A DNA stretch of 64,000 nucleotides, from assembly GCA_040220235.1 (NCBI GenBank), contig JAVJTO010000164.1, one strand, 5' to 3'. Origin of the DNA: Coleofasciculus sp. B1-GNL1-01. Lineage in GTDB: Bacteria; Cyanobacteriota; Cyanobacteriia; Cyanobacteriales; Coleofasciculaceae. Made by a program: the position numbers and the translations under genes. Positions 52,941 to 63,886 of this stretch are shown piece by piece. The notes below the pieces were generated by a model. The model made no database searches. It saw only the letters and a program-made list of their open reading frames with translations, and had not been told where the DNA came from. The stretch's first letter is position 1. Each line of letters begins with the position of its first letter.

Positions 52941-55556
52941 TTGTTATCATTGTTCCGAAAAATGTCCCACGGTTGGCAGTTTTGGCGTCGATTTATTGGA
53001 TTATCTTTAGCCAGCCTTGTCTTTTGTATCAGCTTTCATCCCTGGTCCACTGGGCAAGCCGAACCCGCCACAGAAATTCAACAACAGCAATTGCTCACAC
53101 CGACTTCTGAAAAACAGCTTGTGTCCAAGGGAATTGCATCCTATCAAATCGGAGAATTTTCCCAAGCCATTAACTTATGGGAACAAGCCTTACCTCAAAT
53201 TACCGACGAAAATGATCGAGCAATTGTTCACAATAACCTGGCTTTAGCCTATCGGCAAACGGGGGAACTGGCTCAGGCGATCGCGCACTGGGAAAAGGCG
53301 ATCCAAATTTACCAGGCTTCACCGGATGCCGAAAACCAGAAACGCATCGCTGGGCTATTAACCGAACAAGCCCAAGCTTACAATGATTTGGGACAACATC
53401 CGCGAGCGATTACTCTCTTAGAGTCAGCCATTGAACTCGCCACTAAATACCCAGATTCCTTAGCAGAAGCTGCCGCTCAAGGCGCTTTAGGCAATGCCCA
53501 CTGGAGTTTAGGCAACTATGATCAGGCGATTTCCGCCCACAAACAGAGCCTCAAAATTGCCCGCGCATTGAATAATAACAGTTTTATCGCCACGGCTTTA
53601 AATAACGTGGGGAATGTTTATGTCAGCAGAGCCAGCCGATCCAGTTATCAGGCGCAGGTGGCTGAGTTAGAAGGAGATGTGCAAGAGGCGACGCGCTTAA
53701 CCCAGGAGGCGCTTCAGGATTGGACACAAGCCAGACTATTCTTCGAGCAAAGTCTAGAAACGGCGCAAGCCTTAGGAAGTTTGACCGAAATTAAAGCCTT
53801 AATGAATTTAAATCGCTGGGTGATTAGTCGTCATTCAGCCAATGTTGCTGACAATTCAGCCGAACCCTTGAGTGAGGGTGATCAGGCGTTTCTCCAAAGC
53901 AATTGGCAACGAGTCAGAGAACTCCTCCCTGGAATACCTGATTCCCGACAGAAAGCCTATACCCTGATTCACCTAGCCGAGAGTTTTCAACAGATCGAGT
54001 CAGAGGCTTCAACTCAGGAGTCGATCCAGCTTTTAACCCAAGCTTTAACAGTAGCCCAAAAAATAGGCGATGCCAAAGCCCAATCCTTTGCCCTAGGGAG
54101 CTTAGGACAATTGTATGAATCAGCCGGAGACTACAGCACGGCGATGAATTTAACCCGCCAAGCTGAATTTAGCGCCCAGCAAATTCAATCCTCTGATAGT
54201 TTATATCGCTGGCAATGGCAAGCGGGGCGGATGCTGAAAGCTAGAGGTAACATCGCCTCAGCCATTTCTGCTTATGAAGGGGCGATCGCGACGTTGCAAA
54301 ATATTCGCGGCGATTTAGTCACCAATAAAGAGCTACAACTGGATTTCCGGGAACAGGTTGAACCCATTTATCGAGAATTAATTGATTTGCTCCTCAATGC
54401 TTCCAGTAGCGATTTGAGCGAAGTCAACTCCCAAGAAACGGTTTCACCCCTCAAAGAGGTAATTGATATCGTCGAACTGCTCAAACTGGCAGAGTTGGAA
54501 AACTTTTTCGGCGATGAATGTGTGCAAGTCGCCAAAGATAAAGCTCAAAATGAGCAGGGGTTAGCCGATGCCAATGCTGCTGTTATCTATTCAATCATTT
54601 TGAATGATCGCACCGAAATGATCCTGCGATCGCCTGATGGTTCCCTAAAAAACTATCCTATCCCTATCAGCAAGGAAGATATGGAAGTCGAGATCGAACA
54701 GCTACGCTACTTTCTGGAACTACGCACCACAGAACAGTATATTCCTCAAGCAAAAGAAATTTATAATCGGCTGATTCGTCCCATGGAAGCTGATCTAGCC
54801 GTCATGCAACCCAAGACATTAGTCTTCATCAACGATGGCGTCTTGCGTCAGATCCCCATGAGTGCGCTGCACGATGGTCAAAACTTTTTGATTGAGAAGT
54901 ATCCCATTGCGATTACTCCCAGTCTGTCATTAACCACCAGCCAACCGTTAGATCACAATCAGTTAAGAGCGCTGAGTCTGGGTTTAACTATTGCCAAACC
55001 TCCCTTTGCCCCCCTGACGAATGTAGAAGCTGAGTTAAATGTGGTTGAAGAAATCTTAGGCGGGACAGAGTTAATTAATCAGGAATTTACATTCTCAAAC
55101 TTACAAGACAAACTACGACGCAAAAATTTTCCCGTGGTTCACATGGCAACCCATGGCAAATTTGGTGTTGATTCCCAGAGTACCTTTATCCTCGGTTATG
55201 ATCAACAAATTAGTATTGAAGAACTCGACAATCTATTGCGGTCTCGCGGTCGTCGAGAAGCGGTGAAACTGCTCACCTTGAGTGCTTGCCAAACCGCAAC
55301 GGGAAATAATCGTTCCGCATTAGGAATTGCGGGTGTCGCTGTTCGAGCAGGTGTAGAGAGTGCAGTAGCGACATTATGGTATATCAATGATGAAGCAACT
55401 GTACCGCTGATTGCCGAATTTTATAGCCAACTGCGCCAACCGGATATCACCCGGGCAGAAGCGTTAAGACAGGCGCAGCTAAAGATGATTTCTAATGTCA
55501 ATTATAATCATCCAGCCGTTTGGTCGCCGTTTATTCTAATTGGCAATTGGAGTTAG
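52941..55556 (+). CDS. TPR + CHAT (caspase-HetF) protease with signal-peptide-like N-terminus
   Basis: TPR repeats (HNNLALAY, LGNAHWSLG, LNNVGNVY); catalytic HMATHG and LSACQTA; ATLWYIND, HPAVWSPFILIGNW; likely start 52962. Confidence 0.93.
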   Translation: MLSLFRKMSHGWQFWRRFIGLSLASLVFCISFHPWSTGQAEPATEIQQQQLLTPTSEKQLVSKGIASYQIGEFSQAINLWEQALPQITDENDRAIVHNNLALAYRQTGELAQAIAHWEKAIQIYQASPDAENQKRIAGLLTEQAQAYNDLGQHPRAITLLESAIELATKYPDSLAEAAAQGALGNAHWSLGNYDQAISAHKQSLKIARALNNNSFIATALNNVGNVYVSRASRSSYQAQVAELEGDVQEATRLTQEALQDWTQARLFFEQSLETAQALGSLTEIKALMNLNRWVISRHSANVADNSAEPLSEGDQAFLQSNWQRVRELLPGIPDSRQKAYTLIHLAESFQQIESEASTQESIQLLTQALTVAQKIGDAKAQSFALGSLGQLYESAGDYSTAMNLTRQAEFSAQQIQSSDSLYRWQWQAGRMLKARGNIASAISAYEGAIATLQNIRGDLVTNKELQLDFREQVEPIYRELIDLLLNASSSDLSEVNSQETVSPLKEVIDIVELLKLAELENFFGDECVQVAKDKAQNEQGLADANAAVIYSIILNDRTEMILRSPDGSLKNYPIPISKEDMEVEIEQLRYFLELRTTEQYIPQAKEIYNRLIRPMEADLAVMQPKTLVFINDGVLRQIPMSALHDGQNFLIEKYPIAITPSLSLTTSQPLDHNQLRALSLGLTIAKPPFAPLTNVEAELNVVEEILGGTELINQEFTFSNLQDKLRRKNFPVVHMATHGKFGVDSQSTFILGYDQQISIEELDNLLRSRGRREAVKLLTLSACQTATGNNRSALGIAGVAVRAGVESAVATLWYINDEATVPLIAEFYSQLRQPDITRAEALRQAQLKMISNVNYNHPAVWSPFILIGNWS

Positions 55557-55649
55557 TGTCATTGGTCATTGGTCATTGGTCATTTGTCATTCGTCATTCG
55601 TAAGGGAACAGGGAACAGGGAACAGTAAGCATTTTGAGTTAACTTCCCT

Positions 55650-55778
55650 ATCTCCCTCATCTCCCTCATCTCCCTCATCTCCCTCATCTCCCTCATCTCC
55701 CTCATCTCCCCCAGCTCCCCCAGCTCCCCCAGCTCCCCCAGCTCCCTACCCACCACAAGACTTATTCAGCAGCCCCTA
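55650..55778. repeat. 9-bp tandem repeats followed by a MITE end
   Basis: (tctccctca)n and (gctccccca)n, then cccaccacaagacttattcagcagccccta. Confidence 0.85.
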
Positions 55779-55862
55779 AAATAGGGAGCAGGGTTACATG
55801 ATGTATCCCTACTCCCGGTATTGCACTAATGTTCACGCTTTACACCGCTTTCTCTTCGACAG

Positions 55863-56723
55863 TCACGGTCTTTTAGCAATGTTAAGCCGTTCTTGCTGCG
55901 TCACTTGAGTCAAGCCAACTTGCTCCAGCAGAGCCAGGAAATCATCGTTGGTAACTAGCTCATTAGAATTCGCGGTTTCAACTTTGGACATTGCAGCTAA
56001 GGCATCGTACCAAAGCCCAGCTTCAGCATAACTCCAAGCGCGATCGCGCCACACCTGTGTTGGCACATTGTTCTTAGTCGGAGGAGTTGATAGCCGTTGT
56101 GGTTCTAAAGCGGCTGGTGTGGATACCCGCTCAATCCAGCTAATGAATACGGGATTAGCCGATGGATGCTTGGTATTACAAACCAGAGTGACTGACCATT
56201 TGTAGGTTCGTCCAGTTTGCAATTCTGGTCGGTCTTTGGGAAGTTGCAACTGGATCATCCCGGCTTGGGGAGAGTCGATTTGTTTCTCAAAGAGCGGTTC
56301 CGGAACTCCGGGTTCCACGAGAGCAAACCGCATCGGTACACCTTCAGGTACAGGCTGTGATAAGTACCAGAAAAAGGTAGGATGACCGGATTTGGTTTGT
56401 CCAGCATACTCCTCGGATGGGATCAACAATGTGACTAAATCATTGGTTAACGATTGGCGACAGCCGCGTGAACCTGAGCCTATTGTCCGCCGTGGATTAG
56501 TTGCCACGGGTGGTATATATTGTTTAGACGAACGATGGGTTGACGTTTTGTTTAACTCTGCGTTGGCAGGTAGATCGTTCCAAATCGAGGTCAGAATTTC
56601 TAAATTCTTCGATGACGAAAAAATCCGGGGTGCAGGTAGGTCTAAAAAGCCGAACATTTGCAGGGAAACAATTGAAGCTGTCCCGGCAATGATGGTTACT
56701 AATTTTTGCCGAGTGGTGTTCAT
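55863..56723 (-). CDS. DUF928 domain protein
   Basis: GSGSRG.C, HPTFFWY, YKWSVTLVC, WIERV, YAEAGLWYDAL, LLEQVGL. Confidence 0.88.
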   Translation of the reverse strand: MNTTRQKLVTIIAGTASIVSLQMFGFLDLPAPRIFSSSKNLEILTSIWNDLPANAELNKTSTHRSSKQYIPPVATNPRRTIGSGSRGCRQSLTNDLVTLLIPSEEYAGQTKSGHPTFFWYLSQPVPEGVPMRFALVEPGVPEPLFEKQIDSPQAGMIQLQLPKDRPELQTGRTYKWSVTLVCNTKHPSANPVFISWIERVSTPAALEPQRLSTPPTKNNVPTQVWRDRAWSYAEAGLWYDALAAMSKVETANSNELVTNDDFLALLEQVGLTQVTQQERLNIAKRP

Positions 56724-56879
56724 GAGATTAAGTCCTTCGTTTCATAAGGGTCTTTTTACAAAGGGTTGGGATGTGATGCACCTACTCCAGCTATGGAAAA
56801 ATTTTGCCTGAAGACTTTTGGACTCAATAGCGCTCTTGGCTGACAAAATCTAAATCATTATACATGGCATTTTGAACAA

Positions 56880-58874
56880 CTACAGCAAAATTTGATAAAC
56901 GGCAGTTAATTGTTCGCGCCCTTTGAGTCTCACCTGACCGATTTGTTTCGTGGGGAATTGATTGTGTAGATGCTGGTATGTTTCTTCATTGATTAAAATC
57001 CGGCAAATTCCTCCATCGAGAGTTTTATCGTAACTTTCTAATCGAGCCGCTACATTTACGCTATCTCCTAGGGTGGTGTAGTCAAGCCGTTGAGCATTCC
57101 CCAAGCTACCTGTGACGACATCCCCTGTGGCAATTCCCACGCGCATTGCTGTTTGCGGATAGCCTTGACGTTGCCATTCTTGATTGAGGGTTTGCAGTTT
57201 TTGTGCCATGGCTAACGCACAGTTTACCGCTGCGATCGCATCCTGGTCAATTTCGGCGGATGTCGTGCGTTTAATCGGTACACCAAACACCGCCATAACT
57301 GCATCTCCGATAAACTTATCCACAACACCGCCATGATCTAGCACCGTTCCCGCCATGGCATCCATATATTGATTCAGCCAAGCCATCAGCACTTCCGAAC
57401 CCATATTTTCTGCTACTGTACTAAACCCTTTCAGGTCTGAGAACAGAACCGTGGCAGTCATCTTCTGACCACGTAGACGTCCTTCTTTGAGAAGTTGTTC
57501 GCGATCGCGCCAAATTGCTTCGGCGATTTGCTTGGTGACATGGCGACCGAATAAATTCATAACGGTGTGTCGCTCTTCACGCTCGAAGTTACCGATGTAC
57601 CCTGTCGTTGCTGTAGCGGCACCCAATAACGCCAAAGCTGGGGGAATCACAGGAATCCACCAACTGCTGATGATAAAGGCTAAGTAGCTGCTCCCGACCA
57701 GACCGACAAGTGCGAACAAAAGGCTAATTACTGTCCAACGAGGGAGTAATTTAGCTAAACCTCCTGCATCTCGCAACACCCAACACAGGGTTGCACCCGT
57801 CAAAGACCAGAGAAAAATCCAGATCCCTTCGATTGGTTCCGACCAAGTTTTCAGTCCAGAACGCCCTTCTAGAGCTGAACTCAGCAATTGACTAATCATG
57901 TTAGCCTGAACTTCTATCCCAGGTGTGCGCTCTTGGGTGGCAATTTTATCACCACTATAGGGGGTGTAGAAGAAATCATTCAAGCTAGTTGCCGTTGCCC
58001 CAATTAAAACGAGGCGATCACGCATTAAGTCTGGTGGTATCCGGTCTTCAAGTACCTCTGTCAATGACACCCTGGGAAAGGTACGAGCCGGACCCTTATA
58101 GTTTAACAAAATCTGGTATCCCCCGTCATCAGCACTCACATAACCACCATCATTTGCGGAAAAAGGTTGAAACGTCCCCTTTCCTAAATGAAAAATCAGG
58201 GGATTCGTTTGGGAAGGTTGAGATATGATGTCTTGCTCTGCTAAATACATCAATGCCAGTCTCATACCAAAAGAGACGGTGACTTGATCGTCGTTTTCAA
58301 CCATATAAAGCAATGATCGACGCAGCTTACCATCCGCATCAATCACCACGTTATTAAACCCAACTTGTTCGCGTTGATCTAGGACGGGTGGGGGAGCTAC
58401 GCTAGCGCTGGGATCTTGCTCGTTAATTTTTTCTATCCCGATTAAATTGGGAGTTGTTTCAAAAACATTGACTAATTCGTCATGACCGGGCAAAACCGAT
58501 AAATCTCGATACAGGTCAAGACCAATCACTCTCGGGTTTTGCGCTTTAATTTTTTTGAGAAGTTCAGCCAGGACATTATCCGGAATGGGCCACTGTCCGA
58601 CTTTTTTTAGATCCGCCTCACTAATTCCCACAACCAGAATTCGTTCATCCACAGGTTCTTGAGGACGCCAACGAAAATATTGGTCAAGAGCAGCCCATTC
58701 CCAAGTCTGTAAAAAGCCGAGAAGTCGCAATAGAATAATGAGTCCAGCCACACCAGGAGCAACCGTCCAGACACCTCGCCCCGCCCAAATTTTTTGTTTA
58801 AGGTCTTTCCACATCTTATTTTTTAGCGCTCCTTGGTGGTTAGAAACCCAGCTCTCTCTCCTTACCTTATTCAA
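56880..58874 (-). CDS. CHASE2-domain class III adenylate/guanylate cyclase
   Basis: CHASE2 (WPIPD, IGLDLYRD, DADGKLRR, PGIEVQA), three TM segments, cyclase motifs (FSDLKGFS, DKFIGDAVMA, GDSVNVAARLES); likely start 58814. Confidence 0.93.
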   Translation of the reverse strand: MNKVRRESWVSNHQGALKNKMWKDLKQKIWAGRGVWTVAPGVAGLIILLRLLGFLQTWEWAALDQYFRWRPQEPVDERILVVGISEADLKKVGQWPIPDNVLAELLKKIKAQNPRVIGLDLYRDLSVLPGHDELVNVFETTPNLIGIEKINEQDPSASVAPPPVLDQREQVGFNNVVIDADGKLRRSLLYMVENDDQVTVSFGMRLALMYLAEQDIISQPSQTNPLIFHLGKGTFQPFSANDGGYVSADDGGYQILLNYKGPARTFPRVSLTEVLEDRIPPDLMRDRLVLIGATATSLNDFFYTPYSGDKIATQERTPGIEVQANMISQLLSSALEGRSGLKTWSEPIEGIWIFLWSLTGATLCWVLRDAGGLAKLLPRWTVISLLFALVGLVGSSYLAFIISSWWIPVIPPALALLGAATATTGYIGNFEREERHTVMNLFGRHVTKQIAEAIWRDREQLLKEGRLRGQKMTATVLFSDLKGFSTVAENMGSEVLMAWLNQYMDAMAGTVLDHGGVVDKFIGDAVMAVFGVPIKRTTSAEIDQDAIAAVNCALAMAQKLQTLNQEWQRQGYPQTAMRVGIATGDVVTGSLGNAQRLDYTTLGDSVNVAARLESYDKTLDGGICRILINEETYQHLHNQFPTKQIGQVRLKGREQLTAVYQILL

Positions 58875-59111
58875 GGGCGAAGTAATTGGAACCGAAAAAT
58901 TAGGTTTGAAGGAATAAATTATTACAAAAACTTTAAATTTAATGGCACTGAAATAAGCATTTTTTTATCGCCCGAACCCTTGAACTACTGTAGGGTAGGC
59001 AATGCCCACCAGCATACCAGTCAGTGCCATTCAACTTTGAATTAGCGATCTGCGAAATATTACATAGGGATAATCATCCCTCAAGTGGGTTGGGTAAAAC
59101 GATCGCGCAGC

Positions 59112-61193
59112 CTATTTCTCTTGCGATGCAGCCTGATAGCAGATTAAATCATCAGCATTCGCGATCGCGACCAGTTCTGGAGCCGTACCCACGATTACAC
59201 GTCCATCAGACGTTACCATCATACCCTGAGCTTCTTGAATTGGGTCGCCGGGTTTCCAGAAACTGGGAGTTGAGGATTGAGAATTGACTGTTGGCGCAGT
59301 AGCTTGTTGTCCAGCATCGCCACTAATTCCCTGAACCTGAGTAACGGAATAGTTACCCTGTAACGGATTATAGGGGTTATTCGGTAAACCCCCTGTACCT
59401 GTAACAATAAAGCTACCTTGCTCCTTATTGCGGTGGGTGAGGCAACTATCAGCAATCACTTGCTCTGGTGGCAAAAAATTGGTTGATAGTGGCGAGAGGG
59501 AATCTTGATTCAAATTCAGCGAGGCTATAAATAAATTACCAGCATCACCGCTACCCAATGCCTCGACTGAAATATCCACTCGGTCATTGCCCCGAAATGG
59601 CTCAAACGAACCTGGGTTGCGACCTACAGCTGTCCCTTGACCACTGGAGAAAAAGTCTGCCAGAAATACGGGAGAGATAATGCTGATATTACCACCCCTG
59701 CCATCAACCGCATTTGCCAGAATATCACTATTTTCTAGGGCGATAAAAACATCGGAGTTAATTGTAATATTGCCACCACCACCGATACTGTCGAAAACAC
59801 TGGTACTAATCAAGCTACCATCGCGTAGACGAATATCTTCAGCCGTGATATCGATGTTACCTCCTCCTGCTTGATTTGAAGTAGCCGTAATTTCAGCTCC
59901 ATCTCGAACTGTCAAATTTTCAGTTTGAATGGTTAGCTTGCCAGCATCACCCATCCCTTCACTGGAAACAGCTAACCCACTCGGTCCCACAATTGGTGAG
60001 CTGCCACTTATCTCTACAGACTCAGAGGCGGTTACGGTTAAGTTGCCTCCCTCACCTCGAGCCGAGCCAAATGGCGTAACTATAGAACCCGTAGATATTC
60101 CAGCCCCATCTTGCACAATTAATCGCCTCGTGGTAATTCTCACGTCTCCTGCATTCCCATCACCAAATGTGACCGCATTCAAGTTACTTGAAAAGCCATT
60201 GGCTGAAACACCAATTAGTTCTACAGACTCCGAAGCTGTTACATTCACAGTTCCAGCTGATACTGATCCTAAGGTGATAGAGGAAATTTGAGCACCATCG
60301 GTGAGTCTTACCTGCCTGCCTTGTATTTGAATATCACCACTCCCAATATCAACACCTGTTCCGATGGGAGGTGGAAAAGGACCTAGATCAGTCACATCAA
60401 TCGTAGCTTCTTGAGACAGGTGAATATCTTGGAAATTCTGAACATTTTCATAATTGAGAGCAAAACCACGATTTGTGGATTGCAGATTGACCAAACTATT
60501 ACCAGAAACACCTCCTACCTCAACCCGTCCTCCTGGCGCAGTCAGATCACCTCCCTCTAGCAGTACTTCACCCCCTACTAGAGCTAAACTTTTACCCGTC
60601 CGCACCTGAAGACCCACTGAATCTGAAATTGCACCCATTGTTCCGTCCGGACTAGCTTGAGAACGGTTAACTATCCGTCCTGCTGCGGTTCCAAATTGTA
60701 GTCCTACAGGAATACTCACAGTCAGCACAGGTGAGGCTATGCGGTCAGTGCTAAACTCTGTACCATCTTCAAATTTCAAACTATTTGCTGTACTTGCTAC
60801 AAAGGAGCCACCAATGCTGAGGGAGGCATTGGAACCAAAGATAATGCCGTTGGGATTGAGGAGAAAGAGATTAGCATTACCGTTCGCTTTGAGCATGCCA
60901 TCAATGTTTGAGATGGAATCGCCAGTCACCCGACTAATGACGTTTTGGACATCCAGGCTATTTTTGAAGAAGGCTGATCCATTGGTAGGTATGGAAAACT
61001 CGCGAAAGCTATGGAAGAGGTTCTCTCCGGCTTGATTTTCCCCAGTGATTGTAAAGTTAAGGTTATCGGCAGTCTTAACGTCGGTAGATAAACTTCCATC
61101 AGAGGCAATTTGCCCTTGAACTGACTTAACTGGAATTAAAATGAAGAAGACAATAGGTGGAACCAGCCAGAGTAAGTAATAACGTCGTTTCAT
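59112..61193 (-). CDS. TpsA filamentous-haemagglutinin-family exoprotein
   Basis: Signal peptide, TPS domain (NLFHSFREFS, SNIDG, NLFLLNPNGIIFG), GxGGNIxI beta-helix repeats, cyanobacterial tail (SC..FIVTGTGGLP..EAQG). Confidence 0.93.
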   Translation of the reverse strand: MKRRYYLLWLVPPIVFFILIPVKSVQGQIASDGSLSTDVKTADNLNFTITGENQAGENLFHSFREFSIPTNGSAFFKNSLDVQNVISRVTGDSISNIDGMLKANGNANLFLLNPNGIIFGSNASLSIGGSFVASTANSLKFEDGTEFSTDRIASPVLTVSIPVGLQFGTAAGRIVNRSQASPDGTMGAISDSVGLQVRTGKSLALVGGEVLLEGGDLTAPGGRVEVGGVSGNSLVNLQSTNRGFALNYENVQNFQDIHLSQEATIDVTDLGPFPPPIGTGVDIGSGDIQIQGRQVRLTDGAQISSITLGSVSAGTVNVTASESVELIGVSANGFSSNLNAVTFGDGNAGDVRITTRRLIVQDGAGISTGSIVTPFGSARGEGGNLTVTASESVEISGSSPIVGPSGLAVSSEGMGDAGKLTIQTENLTVRDGAEITATSNQAGGGNIDITAEDIRLRDGSLISTSVFDSIGGGGNITINSDVFIALENSDILANAVDGRGGNISIISPVFLADFFSSGQGTAVGRNPGSFEPFRGNDRVDISVEALGSGDAGNLFIASLNLNQDSLSPLSTNFLPPEQVIADSCLTHRNKEQGSFIVTGTGGLPNNPYNPLQGNYSVTQVQGISGDAGQQATAPTVNSQSSTPSFWKPGDPIQEAQGMMVTSDGRVIVGTAPELVAIANADDLICYQAASQEK

Positions 61194-61353
61194 AGGAGTA
61201 AGTGCTTTCTCGTAGACCTATTCTGAGTCTAACAACTCACACTTATAAAGGTTGAAAGCACAGATAGACTTTGAACAGACGCCTTTAATTATTTGGATGG
61301 CTCATAAGGATTATGTTCAGGGCAGGGATTATTCGCATTTAATGCACATTGGT

Positions 61354-61545
61354 TCACCAACACCTCCCCCAAAATCGAATACAAAAATCTGAGGTAGTCG
61401 TATCCTCTATCTGCTGTTGAGGACTCACAGGCTGGTCTTGCCTAATTCTATTCTCCATGTTAGCATTCGCAGAAACAGGAGCTGCGCCAACTTGAGTAGA
61501 AAATGTTAAGCTGAGAGCGATCGCGGTAGATGCAACGAGTTTCAT
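61354..61545 (-). CDS. Small secreted peptide precursor ending DFCIRFWGRCW
   Basis: ATG preceded by ggagaaaagaaaa; signal-peptide-like MKLVASTAIALSLTFSTQVGA; contains a HIP1 site; co-oriented directly upstream of tpsA. Confidence 0.7.
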   Translation of the reverse strand: MKLVASTAIALSLTFSTQVGAAPVSANANMENRIRQDQPVSPQQQIEDTTTSDFCIRFWGRCW

Positions 61546-62369
61546 TTTTCTTTTCTCCGAGTAGATGTACGAACCTGTGAGCTTGGTGTGATTAACCTAG
61601 CCCTAAAATTTTGAGAGATAAATTGCTCTTGTCAGAGACTTTTTATTCAGTTGTTGGAGTTACCCTGTCAGTGGCGCACCCGATTAGTAGAAGTTTGAGA
61701 GAAATCTTTTTCTGCCACTGCTCTATAATTAAACTATAGCAAGAGAAAAGACAGAATCTGTGATCTTTATCAAAGCTTCATTGAGAGTTCATACAGCCTT
61801 AATAAGTGCCTCTTATGGCTTAATTTTTCTTTACAGAAGTTCTGGAGTAAGGAGTACACCGAGGTTACGGCGTTAGAGGCAATTAAACGTAATACCCAAA
61901 GCTGTAGACTATAGGCTATGACTGTAGTTGAACCGAAATACATTGGAAATACATCCTGGGTTTAGTGGTGTTTGAGTTACGGTTATCCGTTGAATCAGAT
62001 TAAATTATTCGTCGAGCCGGATGGGACTTCTCTTTTCCGTCCAAGTGAGATATATCGATTCTTCGCTAGAGGGTTGCAACAGTGAAATCCTTATGGTGCA
62101 TGGGTTGCTTTTTATTATTTTGTCAGAGTTTTTTAACAAAGTAAGGCTATGTTAAGAGTTGTAATGTAAGATTTGCTTATATTAAGGATTATGACGCAAT
62201 ACTTCGTAACATTAAACTTACTATAGAATTACTGACATGGTTTCGCTTCACATCTCCCACCCTACTGAGTTACAAGTAAGTAATTTTACTCAGCCTCCTG
62301 AAGATAGAACTCTTTCCCTGGCAGGTTGTTCCAGACATACCCCTCACATCTACATAGCGGGAAATTCCC

Positions 62370-62657
62370 ATGAATCTTGCCCTTAAGTTTATTTTGGGCG
62401 GAAAGATACTCAACTCCATTGCCTTGATTGAGCAACATGCTTACCTTGAACTCACATCCACCCGCATTAAAGATCTCAATCGTGAAAATTCGGTGAAAGA
62501 GAAGTCAACTCAGTCTCATCTGATAAACTGTGCAGCCATCTCAAGAGACTATTTTCCTAATGAGCCTCGAACCATAAATCGCTACAATCAAACTCTAGTA
62601 AGCATTTCAGTTACATCAGGTCACGCTGGTCTATTTACAAATCAAAAGGCTGAATAA
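62370..62657 (+). CDS. Possible hypothetical protein
   Basis: 95-aa ATG ORF in an otherwise empty region; no recognisable motif. Confidence 0.35.
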   Translation: MNLALKFILGGKILNSIALIEQHAYLELTSTRIKDLNRENSVKEKSTQSHLINCAAISRDYFPNEPRTINRYNQTLVSISVTSGHAGLFTNQKAE

Positions 62658-62739
62658 CTGCTAAAAGCCCTATATAATCAGTATTTCTCCACCCTATTGC
62701 TTATGACACACCGAGCGAAGCCGAGGTGTTGCCTATTGC

Positions 62740-63735
62740 CTATTGCCCAGCGCGAAGCGCCGTATCTGGGAAATCGCTGAAAAGTCCATCAATTCCCAGC
62801 CGATAGAATTGCTGATACTCCAACTCAGGATTACCTTGATAGTCGGGGGCGAGAAAAACCTCTTCATTGCGGAATGTCCAGCCATGAACCTGCAAACCCT
62901 GAGCATGAGCGTCATCGAGTAAGGAGGTAGGGGGTAATAAGTAACCATCTGCCCCCGTGGGTACAATTAAACGTTTGTTAACCCCGATCGCATCTGCATA
63001 ATCCGCAATTTCCCGTAACCCCTGAGGCGTTACCAGATCTCCATACGTCCGATTGCTATTGTCATGGTGTTGAGGATGAGCAATAAAATCGTAGGGTTGA
63101 CCGATGTCGTTCACTAATTGTACCAAGGATACATCGGTGATTTGCTTCAGCGCTTTCAAGTTCGCCGTTTCAAAGGATTGGATGAACACAGGAGAATTGC
63201 GATCGCCCAATCCGTACTGGTTGAGGATAGTTACCAACGGTTCTTCTAACGAGAGTCCGATCGCGTTAAAGTAGGTGGGATGCTTGGTTTCTGGATAAAT
63301 GCCAATCATGCATCCAGTAGCAGCACTTTGGCGTTGAACTAGCTCAATAATATCTACCAGAGTAGGGATATCAAACAACCCATCGAATTCTGTCGAACGC
63401 AGGTGAGGTAATCGTTCTTTGACTCGTAGGGTTTTTAGTTCAGCCAGAGTAAAGTCCTCAGTAAACCAACCCGTGACAGTTTGCCCATCAATTATTTTAG
63501 TGGTTTGGCGATCTCGAAATTCTGGACGAGTCACCACATCGGTAGTACCCGAAATTTCATTTTCGTGACGCGCCACCAATACCCCATCCTGTGTCATCAC
63601 CAAATCGGGTTCAATGTAATCCGCCCCCATCCGTATCGCTAACTCATAAGCCGCGAGGGTATGTTCGGGACGATAGCCACTTGCGCCTCGGTGAGCAATC
63701 ACCAAAGGACGGGAATTTTGGTCACGCGATCGCAT
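62740..63735 (-). CDS. Glycerophosphodiester phosphodiesterase (GlpQ/UgpQ family)
   Basis: [44 protein letters not shown]; likely start MRSRDQ at 63735, since the longer track start runs through a repeat. Confidence 0.93.
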   Translation of the reverse strand: MRSRDQNSRPLVIAHRGASGYRPEHTLAAYELAIRMGADYIEPDLVMTQDGVLVARHENEISGTTDVVTRPEFRDRQTTKIIDGQTVTGWFTEDFTLAELKTLRVKERLPHLRSTEFDGLFDIPTLVDIIELVQRQSAATGCMIGIYPETKHPTYFNAIGLSLEEPLVTILNQYGLGDRNSPVFIQSFETANLKALKQITDVSLVQLVNDIGQPYDFIAHPQHHDNSNRTYGDLVTPQGLREIADYADAIGVNKRLIVPTGADGYLLPPTSLLDDAHAQGLQVHGWTFRNEEVFLAPDYQGNPELEYQQFYRLGIDGLFSDFPDTALRAGQ

Positions 63736-63886
63736 CCTTATATATATAGCACTACGAGGATAGGTTAGGAGATCAGTTGCTCCCAAGGGAGAACGCTCCC
63801 CCAGCTCCCAGACGTGCCATGGCACGTCTGGAACATTGGCTTCCCCCGCTCCCCCTCACCACAGCACTTATTCAGCAGCCCCTAAT

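Noticed and set aside
55540..55779. Pro/Ser-rich ORF
   Set aside because: Translation of 7- and 9-bp tandem repeats
61354..61390. Resemblance of CIRFWGRCW to animal cyclic neuropeptides
   Set aside because: Too short to infer homology; treated as coincidence or convergence
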